Shown: in pieces, positions 11,238 through 20,943 of the stretch | Position numbering within the stretch: position 1 is the stretch's first letter | How the letters are laid out: each line of letters starts with the position of its first letter | DNA from: an uncultured Gemmatimonadales bacterium | GTDB lineage: Bacteria > Gemmatimonadota > Gemmatimonadetes > Gemmatimonadales > Gemmatimonadaceae | Direction of reading: 5' to 3' | Assembly (NCBI GenBank): GCA_963707505.1 | Contig: CAVPQB010000004.1 | Coordinates: 672,001 to 736,000, forward strand | DNA: 64,000 nucleotides | The notes under the pieces: model-generated | Seen by the model: only the letters and a program-made list of their open reading frames with translations | Databases searched by the model: none | What the model was told of the DNA's origin: nothing | Made by a program: the position numbers and the translations under genes

Positions 11238-13142
11238 TTACGGAGTGACGCGAATCCTAGTGTCTACGTAGGCGGCTGTGCCACGATCACGCGCTCTGAT
11301 GGCCAGAACATGCGACCCGCCAAGCGACGGGATCGGGAATGTGTAACTGTCTCGTGCTGCACAGTTGTCGTGCATCACGAACCCGCTGCCGGGATCGTAT
11401 CCGGCGGCGCCAGTCGGTGTGACGTTCACACCGTCGACGTACGCCTTGAAGTCGTTATCGATGGCGATGCCGACTGTGAGTCCGGCGGTCCACCATGCGG
11501 GGAGCGTGAAAGTCTTGCGCAGCAACATGTCGGTCAGTCCGGACGGATTATTCGGCCAGGTCGTTCCGACACTCGCCGACAACGCCGAGCACGCTGTCGC
11601 AAGGTTGGCGCTTGCGAAGGCGCCGCCACCCGTGTTCCAGCCGTTTTGCGGTGTCGCAGCGAAGTTCGGCTGCTCGAAGCCCGGCGCGATGCCATCGGCG
11701 CCGGAGAGGTACATGTAACCGGTGCCCTCATAGGGAATTACGTCGGTGCTGGTTGCGGTGAACGTCAGCGGGTTACCAGAGACGATCACCGCGGCGCCGG
11801 CGCCCACACCAGAGGTTGGGAATCCCGAGATGCTGGTTGGCAGCGTGAAGCTTGCGTTCGCGGTAACGGAGTTGGCAGGTCCAACACCGAGCGTCCAGTT
11901 CGGAACGGTTGCGAGTCCGTTGGCGTCGGTGGTGAGCGTAACGGTGGTGGTCCGTGTCGAGCTCGATTCTGGTCCGACGCTTCCCCCCCCAGACGCAACA
12001 TTGAACGTTACCGACGCACCGCTGAGCGGAGTATGTCCGTTGGTCGTCTGCACCAACGCGGACGGTGCGGAGGCAACCGACGAGCCCGCAGGTGCGGTTT
12101 GGGGTTGAGCGGGGAAGTTTGCGGGCAACTTCACCACGACGGCGGTATCGACGCCGCCGAACGGGCTGAATGAGGTAGTTTTTCCGCCCACGCCGCTCGA
12201 TACGAGTGCGTACGCCGGCGTGGGGGAAAAGAGGCCGAGGGCGACCGAGCCGAGTCGTTTCGCAGCGCGCCCGTACTCTCCATTGCGGGCCAGATCGAAC
12301 ACGCTTGGCTGCGGCGCGAGTGCAGTTGCGCCGCAAACCAGAAATGGCACGGGTACCCGCGGGAGGATCTGGATGCCCGTACCCACGTTGTGCGCGAGAT
12401 CGACGCTCGACGGCGGTTGATCGCCGGCTGGCGTCTGGAGACATGCTGCGGCAACAACCGGTGCGGAGAACGTTTGCTGCGGAACGACCTTGAATTCAAA
12501 GAATGGGCCGTACTGATCCAGTTTGGTATTGAGCGGACCCGCGGGGAAAGTAAATGTCGCAGGGATAATCGAGATGGAAATCGTGACTGGTTGCGACAGT
12601 GTGCCGCCGGGGATCATCAATCCCGCGTGTTTCGAGCCGGTGACGATCGTCTGATCTGTCGATGAAGGCAGCACGACAGCGACGACATTATCCGCGTCGA
12701 GCGGAGTGGAACCTAGTGTCAGGGCAGACCCATCGAGGCCGACGAGGCAATAGAGCGCGCTTCCGAATGCGAGAGTCTTTTGTTGCGTCTGTAGGGACAT
12801 GCCACCGCGCAGATCGCCGGCGTAGTAATTGTCGAGCGTGAATTTCCACTCCGCGTACATGTCGCCTATTGCATCGCTATTGCGGCGGTGCAGCAGATCG
12901 TTGTCGATTTTGACGAAGCCGACGATCGCCTTCCCGAGGTCCCTGGGCTTGAAGAGCTCGAATATCTGCCACTGTGCAGCCACCTGACATCTTTGGGCGG
13001 GGGACTGTACGCCGCGGCTTGCACTTATCGATGGATCGACACTTGTCGGCGCTGTCTGGCGGTCAGTCGAACAAGCCGTCAGCCAGATCACGGCAGGAAT
13101 GCAGACGCCAAGGAGCGTGGAAAGCCGAGAGCTGCGACGCAT
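11238..13142 (-). CDS. Large secreted lipoprotein with beta-rich Ig-like (Big_1-like) modules
   Basis: Signal peptide with lipobox LTAC; GASVTFNVASGGGSV...TTDANGLATV..WTLG Ig-like segment; Thr/Gly-rich; C-terminal beta domain (LRKTFTLP, IDNDFKAYVDG). Confidence 0.7.
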   Translation of the reverse strand: MRRSSRLSTLLGVCIPAVIWLTACSTDRQTAPTSVDPSISASRGVQSPAQRCQVAAQWQIFELFKPRDLGKAIVGFVKIDNDLLHRRNSDAIGDMYAEWKFTLDNYYAGDLRGGMSLQTQQKTLAFGSALYCLVGLDGSALTLGSTPLDADNVVAVVLPSSTDQTIVTGSKHAGLMIPGGTLSQPVTISISIIPATFTFPAGPLNTKLDQYGPFFEFKVVPQQTFSAPVVAAACLQTPAGDQPPSSVDLAHNVGTGIQILPRVPVPFLVCGATALAPQPSVFDLARNGEYGRAAKRLGSVALGLFSPTPAYALVSSGVGGKTTSFSPFGGVDTAVVVKLPANFPAQPQTAPAGSSVASAPSALVQTTNGHTPLSGASVTFNVASGGGSVGPESSSTRTTTVTLTTDANGLATVPNWTLGVGPANSVTANASFTLPTSISGFPTSGVGAGAAVIVSGNPLTFTATSTDVIPYEGTGYMYLSGADGIAPGFEQPNFAATPQNGWNTGGGAFASANLATACSALSASVGTTWPNNPSGLTDMLLRKTFTLPAWWTAGLTVGIAIDNDFKAYVDGVNVTPTGAAGYDPGSGFVMHDNCAARDSYTFPIPSLGGSHVLAIRARDRGTAAYVDTRIRVTP

Positions 13143-13193
13143 TGGATACTCCGCGTGAATCGTTCGGTTGTCCGGACTTCCGAGAAGAGAAGG

Positions 13194-15696
13194 TTACTTC
13201 GTGGGCTTCACGACAAGCGCCTGAAAGCGCGGATCGTCATGGATACTTCGCCACTGCCAGTTGTGCTCGTCGTCAAACCCGATCGCGCGCGCAGGATTGG
13301 CGCTAAGGTACAGTGCAAGAGCGCTGATTGCCTTGTCCTTCTTACCGAGCAGCGTCCACACGAACGCTTCGGTTTCCGTAACGTCCTTGGTTGGATCAAT
13401 GTCGGAAGGATCTTGCAGTTTCGCAAGGACGTGCTCCGCGCTGTCCGCGCGTCCAGCACGAGCGAGCGCCGCGGCCACGAGCGCCTGACCATTGAGTTTG
13501 GCGAGAGGCCGGTCGGAGGCCTGCGACACCATGACGAGAGAGTCAGCGAGGCGCCAGGCGCGCGGAATGTCCGGCTTGACCGCGTTTGTCCCCATCATGA
13601 GGAGGTTGCACTGTGCGAGAAGGGCATTTGTCGGGAAGCGGACGGTTCCCACGTCGCACCAGTGAATTGCGTCGGGGAATTGCTCCAGATCGAACGAGGA
13701 AATGAAGAGCCTCCACACGATGCGGTCAGCGTCACTGAGGTACGCATCCTCTTCGTACGCGCGGCGGGCGGCAAGCTTTGCATTCACCACGTCGTTGTAC
13801 TGGTAATACAGGTGGCTGAGCACCGACCACGCGGTAGGCCGGTTGGGAGAGATTTCGGTGGCGCTCTCGAGATCCTTGCGTGAATCATCGAGGAGCGCTC
13901 GTGCCTTTACGGGATCTGGCTCGATTGCGAGGAGCCATCGCCAGTAGTGCAGGGTACCGCGTAGTTCGAGCGCGTCAGGATCCTTCGGGTGCGATCTGGA
14001 TCGCTTGCGCCACATGCATGAGCCCCTTGTCGATCCATTGATTTGCACGCAGCTGATCTCTGCCGAAAAAGCGTGAGGCGCGATAATCGATTCGCCCGCG
14101 CAGTGTGGGAAGCTGCGCCCAGTCCGGATCGATGGATACCGCTCGCATCAGCGTCGAGTCCGCCCGTGCATAGTCACGCAGTATGCTAGCCGTGTCGTTC
14201 GACGTCGCAGCACTGTCGCCGCTTCGCATCTCGAGCTTTGCCTGCTGCAACAACGACCACGCTTGCGGATTGGTGGTGCCCGCGCGCTCATCTCTCAGGC
14301 TTATCTCCTGGCCCAGGCGCTGGCGCAGGAACCTCGTAACGCGTTCCGCAAGCGTATCGCGGAGTGCCAGAGGATCGGATGCCGCGGCTTCGAACGTCGC
14401 GCGTTGAAAGTCAGTCCCCGTCGCGTCCTTGAGTCTCACGCTGACACTGATCTTGTCGCCGTGTTGCTCGACACTGCCGTCGACGAGCGTTCCGACGGTC
14501 AGTGCGCGCGCGATGCTGTCGCGCGGGACGTCCTTGTTCGCGAATAACGCGGAGCCGTTCTTCGACGTGACCTGGAGCTCGGGAATCGCGGAGAGCCGGT
14601 CGATCAGCCCCTCTGTCAGACCACTCGCGAGATAACCCAGCTTGTGTCCGTCGCTCTCATCACCGAAATAAAGAACGGCGATTCGTCGTGGATCGGGGCC
14701 GCTAACGGCGCCCACGCCACCCGTACTGTGGTTGCTTCGCCACACACCGTAGCCGCCGGCGGCTACAACCGCAACCGTGGCAACTCCGATCGCGACACGT
14801 TTCCAGAGCGGTATCCCGCGCGACTCGACGTGCGCCGGTTGCACGGCGCGAAATGTCTGTGTCTCCGGATGCCGCAATGCGCTGATGAACTCTCCCGACG
14901 TCAGGTACCGATCGGCCGGGACCTTCGACAGCGCCTTCAACAGGATCCGTTCTATCTGCGGCGGTACCGTGCTTCGTATGATCGTCAGCGATGGCACGGA
15001 CTCCAGCATGTGCCGCGCGATCACTGCCTGCGCAGTAGGCCCGGTGAACGGTGGCTGACCACCGATCATCTCGTACGCAACGCATGCAAGACTGTACAGG
15101 TCGCTCCGGCCATCCAGCGCACGTTCCGCGGACGCCTGCTCGGGGCTCATGTATGTCGGTGTGCCGAGCGAGATGCCGGTCTGCGTCAGACGTTGCTCGC
15201 CAACCTGCGCCATTGCGTGCGCGATTCCGAAATCGGCGAGCACCGCGCGATCGCCGTCGAGCAGAATGTTCTCCGGCTTGATGTCGCGATGCACGATCCC
15301 GTGTTGGTGCGCGTACTCGAGCGCGTCACCGATCTCACATGTGATACGGATCGCGTCGTCGATCGACAGACTGCGCTCACGGTCGAGACGTGCGCGCAGC
15401 GATTCTCCCTCCACGTATGGCATCACATAGTAGAGAGAATTGCCGGCCTGGCCCGAGTCGAGTATCGGGAGAATGTGCGGATGCACCAGCGCGGTCGTAA
15501 CCTCGATCTCGCGTCTGAAGCGTTCGGCGCCGAGGACGATTGACACGTCAGTACTGAGCACCTTTACCGCTACCTGACGGTCGTGCTCCATGTCGTGGGC
15601 GAGATATACGGTGGCCATGCCTCCCTGGCCAATCTCTCGCTCGACAACGTACCGGTCGCTAATCGAGGACCGAACTCTTTCTATCAACGCTGACAC
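13194..15696 (-). CDS. Membrane Ser/Thr protein kinase with extracytoplasmic TolB-N-like and TPR region (apparent frameshift near 13988)
   Basis: IGQGGMATVY, VAVK, HRDIKPEN, DFG, GTPTYMSPE, TM helix, RIAVLYF...LVDGSVE. Second frame resumes at PKDPDALELRG after a CCC run. Confidence 0.88.
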
Positions 15697-15984
15697 GGGC
15701 CCGTATTTCTCGCGGGGGGAATCCTCCAACATGCCGCAAAACGCAAGGATGCGCTAGAAGCGGATTGGCTAAGTTCCGCCACAAACGCACCATCAGAATT
15801 GCGCTTGGGTGACGCAATCGCCCGCGCCACTCGTGCGCTGCAAGGCTCCGCGGTCCGCGGGAGCGTTCGGTCGAAGAACGCGGGGTTCGGCAGGATCGGC
15901 ATTTCAGTGTTCCTGGCGCCCGTACGGGCGCGGAGGCAGGGTGCCGAGCCAGGATGCCGGTATTCACGGCGTGAGCCCGCGAGG

Positions 15985-16776
15985 TCAGCCGGGTTGCGTC
16001 TCCGTGGAGTACGCCGTTGGGTCCTGACGATAAAACTCGCGAAGCTCCCGGAACAGCTCCGGATGCCGGGCCTGCAGTGCCAGCGGCCGCTCGAAGAACG
16101 CTTCGGTCGCGACAGCGAAGAATTCGGCTGGATTCGTTGCGCCGTAGGTGTCCAGCACGGTCGGAAGGCCGGCGTCGTCCGCATGGCGTAACGCCCGGAG
16201 CTCAGCGCTCATCACGCGCGCCCACGCGACGTACGCCCCTTTCGTTTGGAGCTCCGGAGTTCCATCGGCGACGAGATTCTCGAAATCCAGCTGATGCGCG
16301 AATTCGTGGAGAACGAGGTTTCTTCCGTCGCTCGGATCAGCCGCGCCCTGCTTCGCGGCGTCCCATGCGAGCACCATCGCGCGGAGCTCCCGCGCCGTGT
16401 GCCCAAGGCGGTCCTGGCCGCCTTCCTCCCAGATCCAACCGCCGATGGGATTTTGCTCGTATGCGGTGTATCCCGACGGATACACGATTATCGAAGTGAG
16501 CTCGGGATAGTAGTCGGTCTCACGGTGCAGCAGCAGCATGCACGCCTGCGCGGCGATCGTTACGCGGATCTCGTCGGTCATCTCGAGTCCGCCGCTCCCT
16601 TCGAAGTGCTTCTCGACGAGAAAGACCTGCACGTGGCCGAGCAGCTCGGTCTGATCCGCAGCCGTAAGACGCCGGAATACCGGGAGATTTCGCTCTACGA
16701 TGGCGCGCCATGCTTCCGGGAACGGCTGCGTGCGAAGACGCTCCCGCCGCCGCTTCGTGCCAAGGCCAAAGACCAT
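15985..16776 (-). CDS. MtfA-like zinc-dependent peptidase (M90 family)
   Basis: FLVEKHFEG, TIAAQAC, DGRNLVLHEFAHQLD, YGATNPAEFFAVATEAFFE. Confidence 0.88.
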   Translation of the reverse strand: MVFGLGTKRRRERLRTQPFPEAWRAIVERNLPVFRRLTAADQTELLGHVQVFLVEKHFEGSGGLEMTDEIRVTIAAQACMLLLHRETDYYPELTSIIVYPSGYTAYEQNPIGGWIWEEGGQDRLGHTARELRAMVLAWDAAKQGAADPSDGRNLVLHEFAHQLDFENLVADGTPELQTKGAYVAWARVMSAELRALRHADDAGLPTVLDTYGATNPAEFFAVATEAFFERPLALQARHPELFRELREFYRQDPTAYSTETQPG

Positions 16777-16805
16777 ACGCAAAGTTAACCGCGGCGCGGC
16801 GAGTG

Positions 16806-17990
16806 CTATCTCTTTCCGACGCTGTATTTCGCCAGTATCTCACGCACGCGATCCAGTGGTATCGCCTCGACCGTTCTGCCTTCGCTCGTCACCGATGTCG
16901 CCATGAACATCGAGTTGTAAACTGCTTCTTCCGTCGATTCTATCACCGCCTCGAACAGTGGCGACATGTCGTCGTTCGATACGTCTTCGGTGCTTCTTGG
17001 CACGGGCTTCCGATCCTGCGGCCTTCCACTCGACTGGACTATGCGGCGACGCACTCCTTCCGCAGTGGAGAAGGCGATCACGTAGTCTCCTGATCCGTTC
17101 GACGCGCTCGAGCCCGTGCGCGCAATGCCCATCATCGCGCGCGCAGCGAGCCGCTCCAGGTTGCGATCCGAAAGTGGTGCATCGGTTGCGACGACGATCA
17201 TCACCGATCCGTCGCCACGCTCCTGCTCGACGTAGTCCTTATACGCGTATTTCCCGAGCTCTCGGCCAACCGGCGCGCCCATCACCTGAAGCACGCCGCC
17301 GAAGTTGGTCTGAACGAGCACGCCGACGGTCCAGCCGCCGAGCGTGGTAGGCAACACGCGTGACGACGTGCCGATGCCACCCTTCCACTGGAATACGATC
17401 GTTCCTGCACCCGCACCGACGCTCCCTTCGGCAACCGGTCCGCTATTCGCGGACGCCAGCGCGTGGTGAACGTCTTCCGGAGAGATCGGGCGCGAGCGGA
17501 TCGCGTTCAACGTTCCATCGTTCGTCTCGCCGACGACAGGATTGATCGATCTCACGTTCTCCATGCCGGGCATGCTCAGCAGTTCCGCCGTGAGCGCATC
17601 TGCCGCGCGCCACACACAGAGCGTGCATGTCAGCAGGATCGGCGTCTCCAGCTCGCCCAACTCCCTGAGCTGCGTCGCGCCGACCAGCTTGCCGAATGCG
17701 TTCCCGACGAATACGGCTGCCGGAACTCGATCGAAAAACATGTTGCCGCCATGCGGAAGAATCGCGGTCACGCCGGTGTGCACCGAATCGCCAGCGATCA
17801 CTGTCGACTGTCCAACAAGGACACCTCTGACGTCGGTAATCGCGTTCTGCTTTCCCGGCGTGAAGATGCCCGGCGCGACGCCGAGCGCTCGTGCGCGCAC
17901 GCGGGGTTGCTGTGCGTCGAGGATGCCGGTAACTGTCAGGGCTGCCACGCAGATGGCGAGCACTCTGCTGTTTGAACTGATTGGGTGCAT
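16806..17990 (-). CDS. DmpA-like P1/S58 aminopeptidase with signal peptide
   Basis: NAITDVRGV.VG, PVVGETNDG.LN, EGSVGAGAG, KGGIGTSSR, GDGSVMIVVATDAPL, NGSGDY.IAFST. Confidence 0.9.
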   Translation of the reverse strand: MHPISSNSRVLAICVAALTVTGILDAQQPRVRARALGVAPGIFTPGKQNAITDVRGVLVGQSTVIAGDSVHTGVTAILPHGGNMFFDRVPAAVFVGNAFGKLVGATQLRELGELETPILLTCTLCVWRAADALTAELLSMPGMENVRSINPVVGETNDGTLNAIRSRPISPEDVHHALASANSGPVAEGSVGAGAGTIVFQWKGGIGTSSRVLPTTLGGWTVGVLVQTNFGGVLQVMGAPVGRELGKYAYKDYVEQERGDGSVMIVVATDAPLSDRNLERLAARAMMGIARTGSSASNGSGDYVIAFSTAEGVRRRIVQSSGRPQDRKPVPRSTEDVSNDDMSPLFEAVIESTEEAVYNSMFMATSVTSEGRTVEAIPLDRVREILAKYSVGKR

Positions 17991-18055
17991 GCGTGTGGGA
18001 GGTTGGAGTGACCAATCATACTACGGACGGAGCGAGACCGACATCGGACAGGTGT

Positions 18056-18236
18056 GTTGGGCATACCCAACGCGGTTGCGCCCGCGCGGATCGGGGCTCA
18101 GATTTCATTGCGTAACCCAGGTTGCACCCCGTCCGCGGAAAGGGATTATCCCACCTGAGCGCTTGTCGCACCACTGAGCGTCGACCTCACTTCTGCCCGT
18201 TGCTGGCGGACCTCGGGCGTTGCAGAAGGAGGAGTG
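18056..18236 (+). promoter_or_regulatory. Structured 5' leader / candidate cis-regulatory RNA upstream of the ankyrin gene
   Basis: Several pairings, including cttctgc 18190-18196 with gcagaag 18222-18228, which overlaps the SD aggagg 18227-18232, and gtccgc 18131-18136 with gcggac 18206-18211. Confidence 0.5.
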
Positions 18237-19673
18237 ATGTCTCGTGCGCTGCCATCCCGTCCCAATCTGGAGCACCTCAAAAAACAGGCGAAAGCTCTGC
18301 TTCGCCACTATCTCGCGGGAGATACGGACGCACTTCGATCGTTCGGTGCGCGCAAGCCTGGCGCACCCTCACCCAAGCTCGCCGACGCGCAGCACGCACT
18401 TGCGCGGGAGTACGGTTTCCCGAGCTGGGCCCGGCTCAAGCACAACGTGGAATCGCTGACCGGTACCGACGCGGCCCGCGCACTCGAGGCCGCAGTCCGG
18501 CTTAACGACGCGCAGCGTGTTCGCGATGTCATCGCGCGTTTCCCGGGCATCGCGAGCGAGCTCGACAGTGCCATGCCGAATGGCGACTTCGGCGCGACGC
18601 CATTGCTCGCCGCCGTGCATCTCTGCAACCGCGAAATGATCGACGTGCTGCTCGCAGCGGGCGCCAACGTTAATCAGCGCAGCCACTGGTGGGCCGGCAG
18701 CTTCGGAGTATTGGGCAGCGATGCGGATCTCAACGCCTTCCTCATCGCTCGTGGCGCAGTTGTGGACGCACACGATGCTGCGCAGGCGGGAATGCTGGAA
18801 CGGTTGAAGGAGCTCGTGGCAATGGATCCGGAAGTCGTGCGCGCACGGTTCGGCGATGGGCAGACGCCGCTGCACGTTGCATCTTCAGTCGAGATCGCGG
18901 AGCTGTTGCTCGATACCGGCGCGGATATCGACGCGCTGGACGTGGATCACGAATCCACGCCCGCTCAGTATCTCGTTCGTGATCATCAGGACGTGGTGCG
19001 TTATCTCATCTCGCGCGGCTGCAGGACCGACATCCTCATGGCGTGCGCGATCGGTGACGTAGAGCTTGTCCGCCGCCACCTGACGGACGATCCGCACTCG
19101 GTCTGGACGACCGTTTCGCCAAAATATTTCCCGATGAAGGACTCACGCGCTGGTGGTTCGATCTACATCTGGACGCTGGGAAACTTGCTGAGCGCACACT
19201 CCGTCGCTCGTCAATTCGGACATGAGGACGTTCTGGCGCTGTTGATGGACCATACGCCTGATTCACTCGCGCTCGCCCTGGCATACGAAGCTGGCGACGA
19301 GGCCGCGGTAGATGGCATCAAGGCTCGCAATCCGAATATGGACCACCAGCTCACCGACGAGCTTCTCGCAAAACTTCCGGCAGCGGCGCGGTCGAACAAC
19401 TCTGTCGGCATTCACCTCATGCTTCTCGCTGGATGGCCAGCTTCTGCCCTGAACGACCGGGGTGAGACTGCGCTGCACTGGGCTGCATTTCATGGCAACG
19501 GGGACTCCGTCGCCGAACTCATCCGCCACGGTGCAGATGTAACGCTCAAGGACGTCGCCTTCGAGGGCACGCCACTCGGCTGGGGCCAATACGGCGCCGA
19601 CAATAGCTGGCTTCGCGACGGCGGCGATTATCCATCAGTCATTCGCGCGCTAGAAGCCGCTGGCGCAAGGTGA
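18237..19673 (+). CDS. Ankyrin-repeat protein with N-terminal LPSRPNLEHLKKQAK...AREYGFPSW module
   Basis: Ankyrin motifs GATPLLAAV, GQTPLHVA, GETALHWAAFHG..VAELIRHGADV; strong SD aggagg. Confidence 0.88.
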   Translation: MSRALPSRPNLEHLKKQAKALLRHYLAGDTDALRSFGARKPGAPSPKLADAQHALAREYGFPSWARLKHNVESLTGTDAARALEAAVRLNDAQRVRDVIARFPGIASELDSAMPNGDFGATPLLAAVHLCNREMIDVLLAAGANVNQRSHWWAGSFGVLGSDADLNAFLIARGAVVDAHDAAQAGMLERLKELVAMDPEVVRARFGDGQTPLHVASSVEIAELLLDTGADIDALDVDHESTPAQYLVRDHQDVVRYLISRGCRTDILMACAIGDVELVRRHLTDDPHSVWTTVSPKYFPMKDSRAGGSIYIWTLGNLLSAHSVARQFGHEDVLALLMDHTPDSLALALAYEAGDEAAVDGIKARNPNMDHQLTDELLAKLPAAARSNNSVGIHLMLLAGWPASALNDRGETALHWAAFHGNGDSVAELIRHGADVTLKDVAFEGTPLGWGQYGADNSWLRDGGDYPSVIRALEAAGAR

Positions 19674-19674
19674 C

Positions 19675-19718
19675 AAAAAACCATACCGGGAGCGCGACGG
19701 TGCGCTGCCGGTATGGTT
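19675..19718. terminator. Intrinsic terminator between convergent ankyrin and porin genes
   Basis: Stem aaccataccgg 19679-19689 / ccggtatggtt 19708-19718; the A6 run at 19675-19680 gives a U tract on the minus strand. Confidence 0.75.
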
Positions 19719-19774
19719 CAGTTTGTCAATTCATCACAAGGAGCATAAGGAACGGTGCGTCATAAGGTGCGTCG

Positions 19775-20941
19775 CTAGAAATTCGCAACCCAGTGCATGT
19801 AGTAAGTCTTTGTAGGTGCGACGGGGGCGCCATTCGCTGGCGTTGCTTCCTGGTAGTCGAGTGATATCGACGTTCTGGACGTCAGATCCCAGCTGAGTCC
19901 ACCGATGAACGTGTTGATTTTCGGACTGGTGGACGTGTTGGGGGTCAGCTGATCGTATCTCAGCACGACACCGAGCGGAATCGTCGATTTTGAGTCGACC
20001 ATCTTGAACGGCCTGGCGACGACGTAGCCTGCAACCAGGCGTCCGGTGCTATCCGCTATTCCGGCGGGAGAGGCAGCCGTGTTCGCACCCGTGTCCATTC
20101 CGTCCTGACGTTGCGCGTAGTCGATACCAACTACGAGACGCGGATCACGGATTCCGACGAAACCGCCGTACCGGTTGCGTTCCAGGCCGGTACCTATCGG
20201 ACCAAGCTGTCCACTCCCTCCATTCACGAACTTGCTGGCGAGATCGCCGCGATACACCCATCCGTCGATCGCGAGTGTGCGGAGATACGACAGATCGCTG
20301 TTGCCGAGAGGTGTGATGGTGAGTCGCCCCTGATAATCCTTGAACCTGTCAGTCTCGCGCGATGCGTATCCGGATCCGTTCGTCACGGCGACATATGCTT
20401 CGCCCAATTTGTTCGGCAGCGTAACGATGCCGGCGATTCCCGCGTCTGCTGAGGAGAAAAAGCCAGCGCGCTCGACCGGAGTCTGTGACAACCAGCGCGG
20501 CCAGAAGTTTTCCTCGTGGTCGATGAACATCGTGTGTATGAGACCGATCCGGCTGGTGAATCCCCAGTCACCGCTCTTCTTTGCCTTGAGAAAATCATAC
20601 TGCAGGTACGCGTACTTCGCGCGCAGCACCCAGCCCTTGTAGTACGAATCGCTTCCGGATGCCGTCTGCTGATACAGATCCCCAGTTACGCGGATGCTCG
20701 CTCGATCGCCGGCCGGCATCTTGAAGGTGAGATAAGCGCGCTCGACGTCGAACTTGTTCTGGTCCTTGTTTGCGCCGGCAGCAGCCTGATACTGGTAATT
20801 CCCGAATACGACGCCGGAGAAGTCGATCGGAATTGTTACCTTCGTAACGGTTTTGGTGGTATCGGTCCGAGTCGTGTCCTGAGCCATCAGCGTCGGCGGA
20901 AGCAACACGGCGACTGCGAGAAGTGAGGCGGATATTCGCAT
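19775..20941 (-). CDS. Outer-membrane beta-barrel protein, putative phosphate porin
   Basis: Signal peptide, alternating aromatic beta strands, FDVERAYL, AKYAYLQY, C-terminal Phe (WVANF); 2 nt downstream of pstS. Confidence 0.72.
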   Translation of the reverse strand: MRISASLLAVAVLLPPTLMAQDTTRTDTTKTVTKVTIPIDFSGVVFGNYQYQAAAGANKDQNKFDVERAYLTFKMPAGDRASIRVTGDLYQQTASGSDSYYKGWVLRAKYAYLQYDFLKAKKSGDWGFTSRIGLIHTMFIDHEENFWPRWLSQTPVERAGFFSSADAGIAGIVTLPNKLGEAYVAVTNGSGYASRETDRFKDYQGRLTITPLGNSDLSYLRTLAIDGWVYRGDLASKFVNGGSGQLGPIGTGLERNRYGGFVGIRDPRLVVGIDYAQRQDGMDTGANTAASPAGIADSTGRLVAGYVVARPFKMVDSKSTIPLGVVLRYDQLTPNTSTSPKINTFIGGLSWDLTSRTSISLDYQEATPANGAPVAPTKTYYMHWVANF

Positions 20942-20943
20942 TG

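Noticed and set aside
13194..14048. Separate 284-aa TPR gene downstream of the kinase
   Set aside because: It joins the kinase frame across a CCC run near 13988; most likely one gene with a single-base error.
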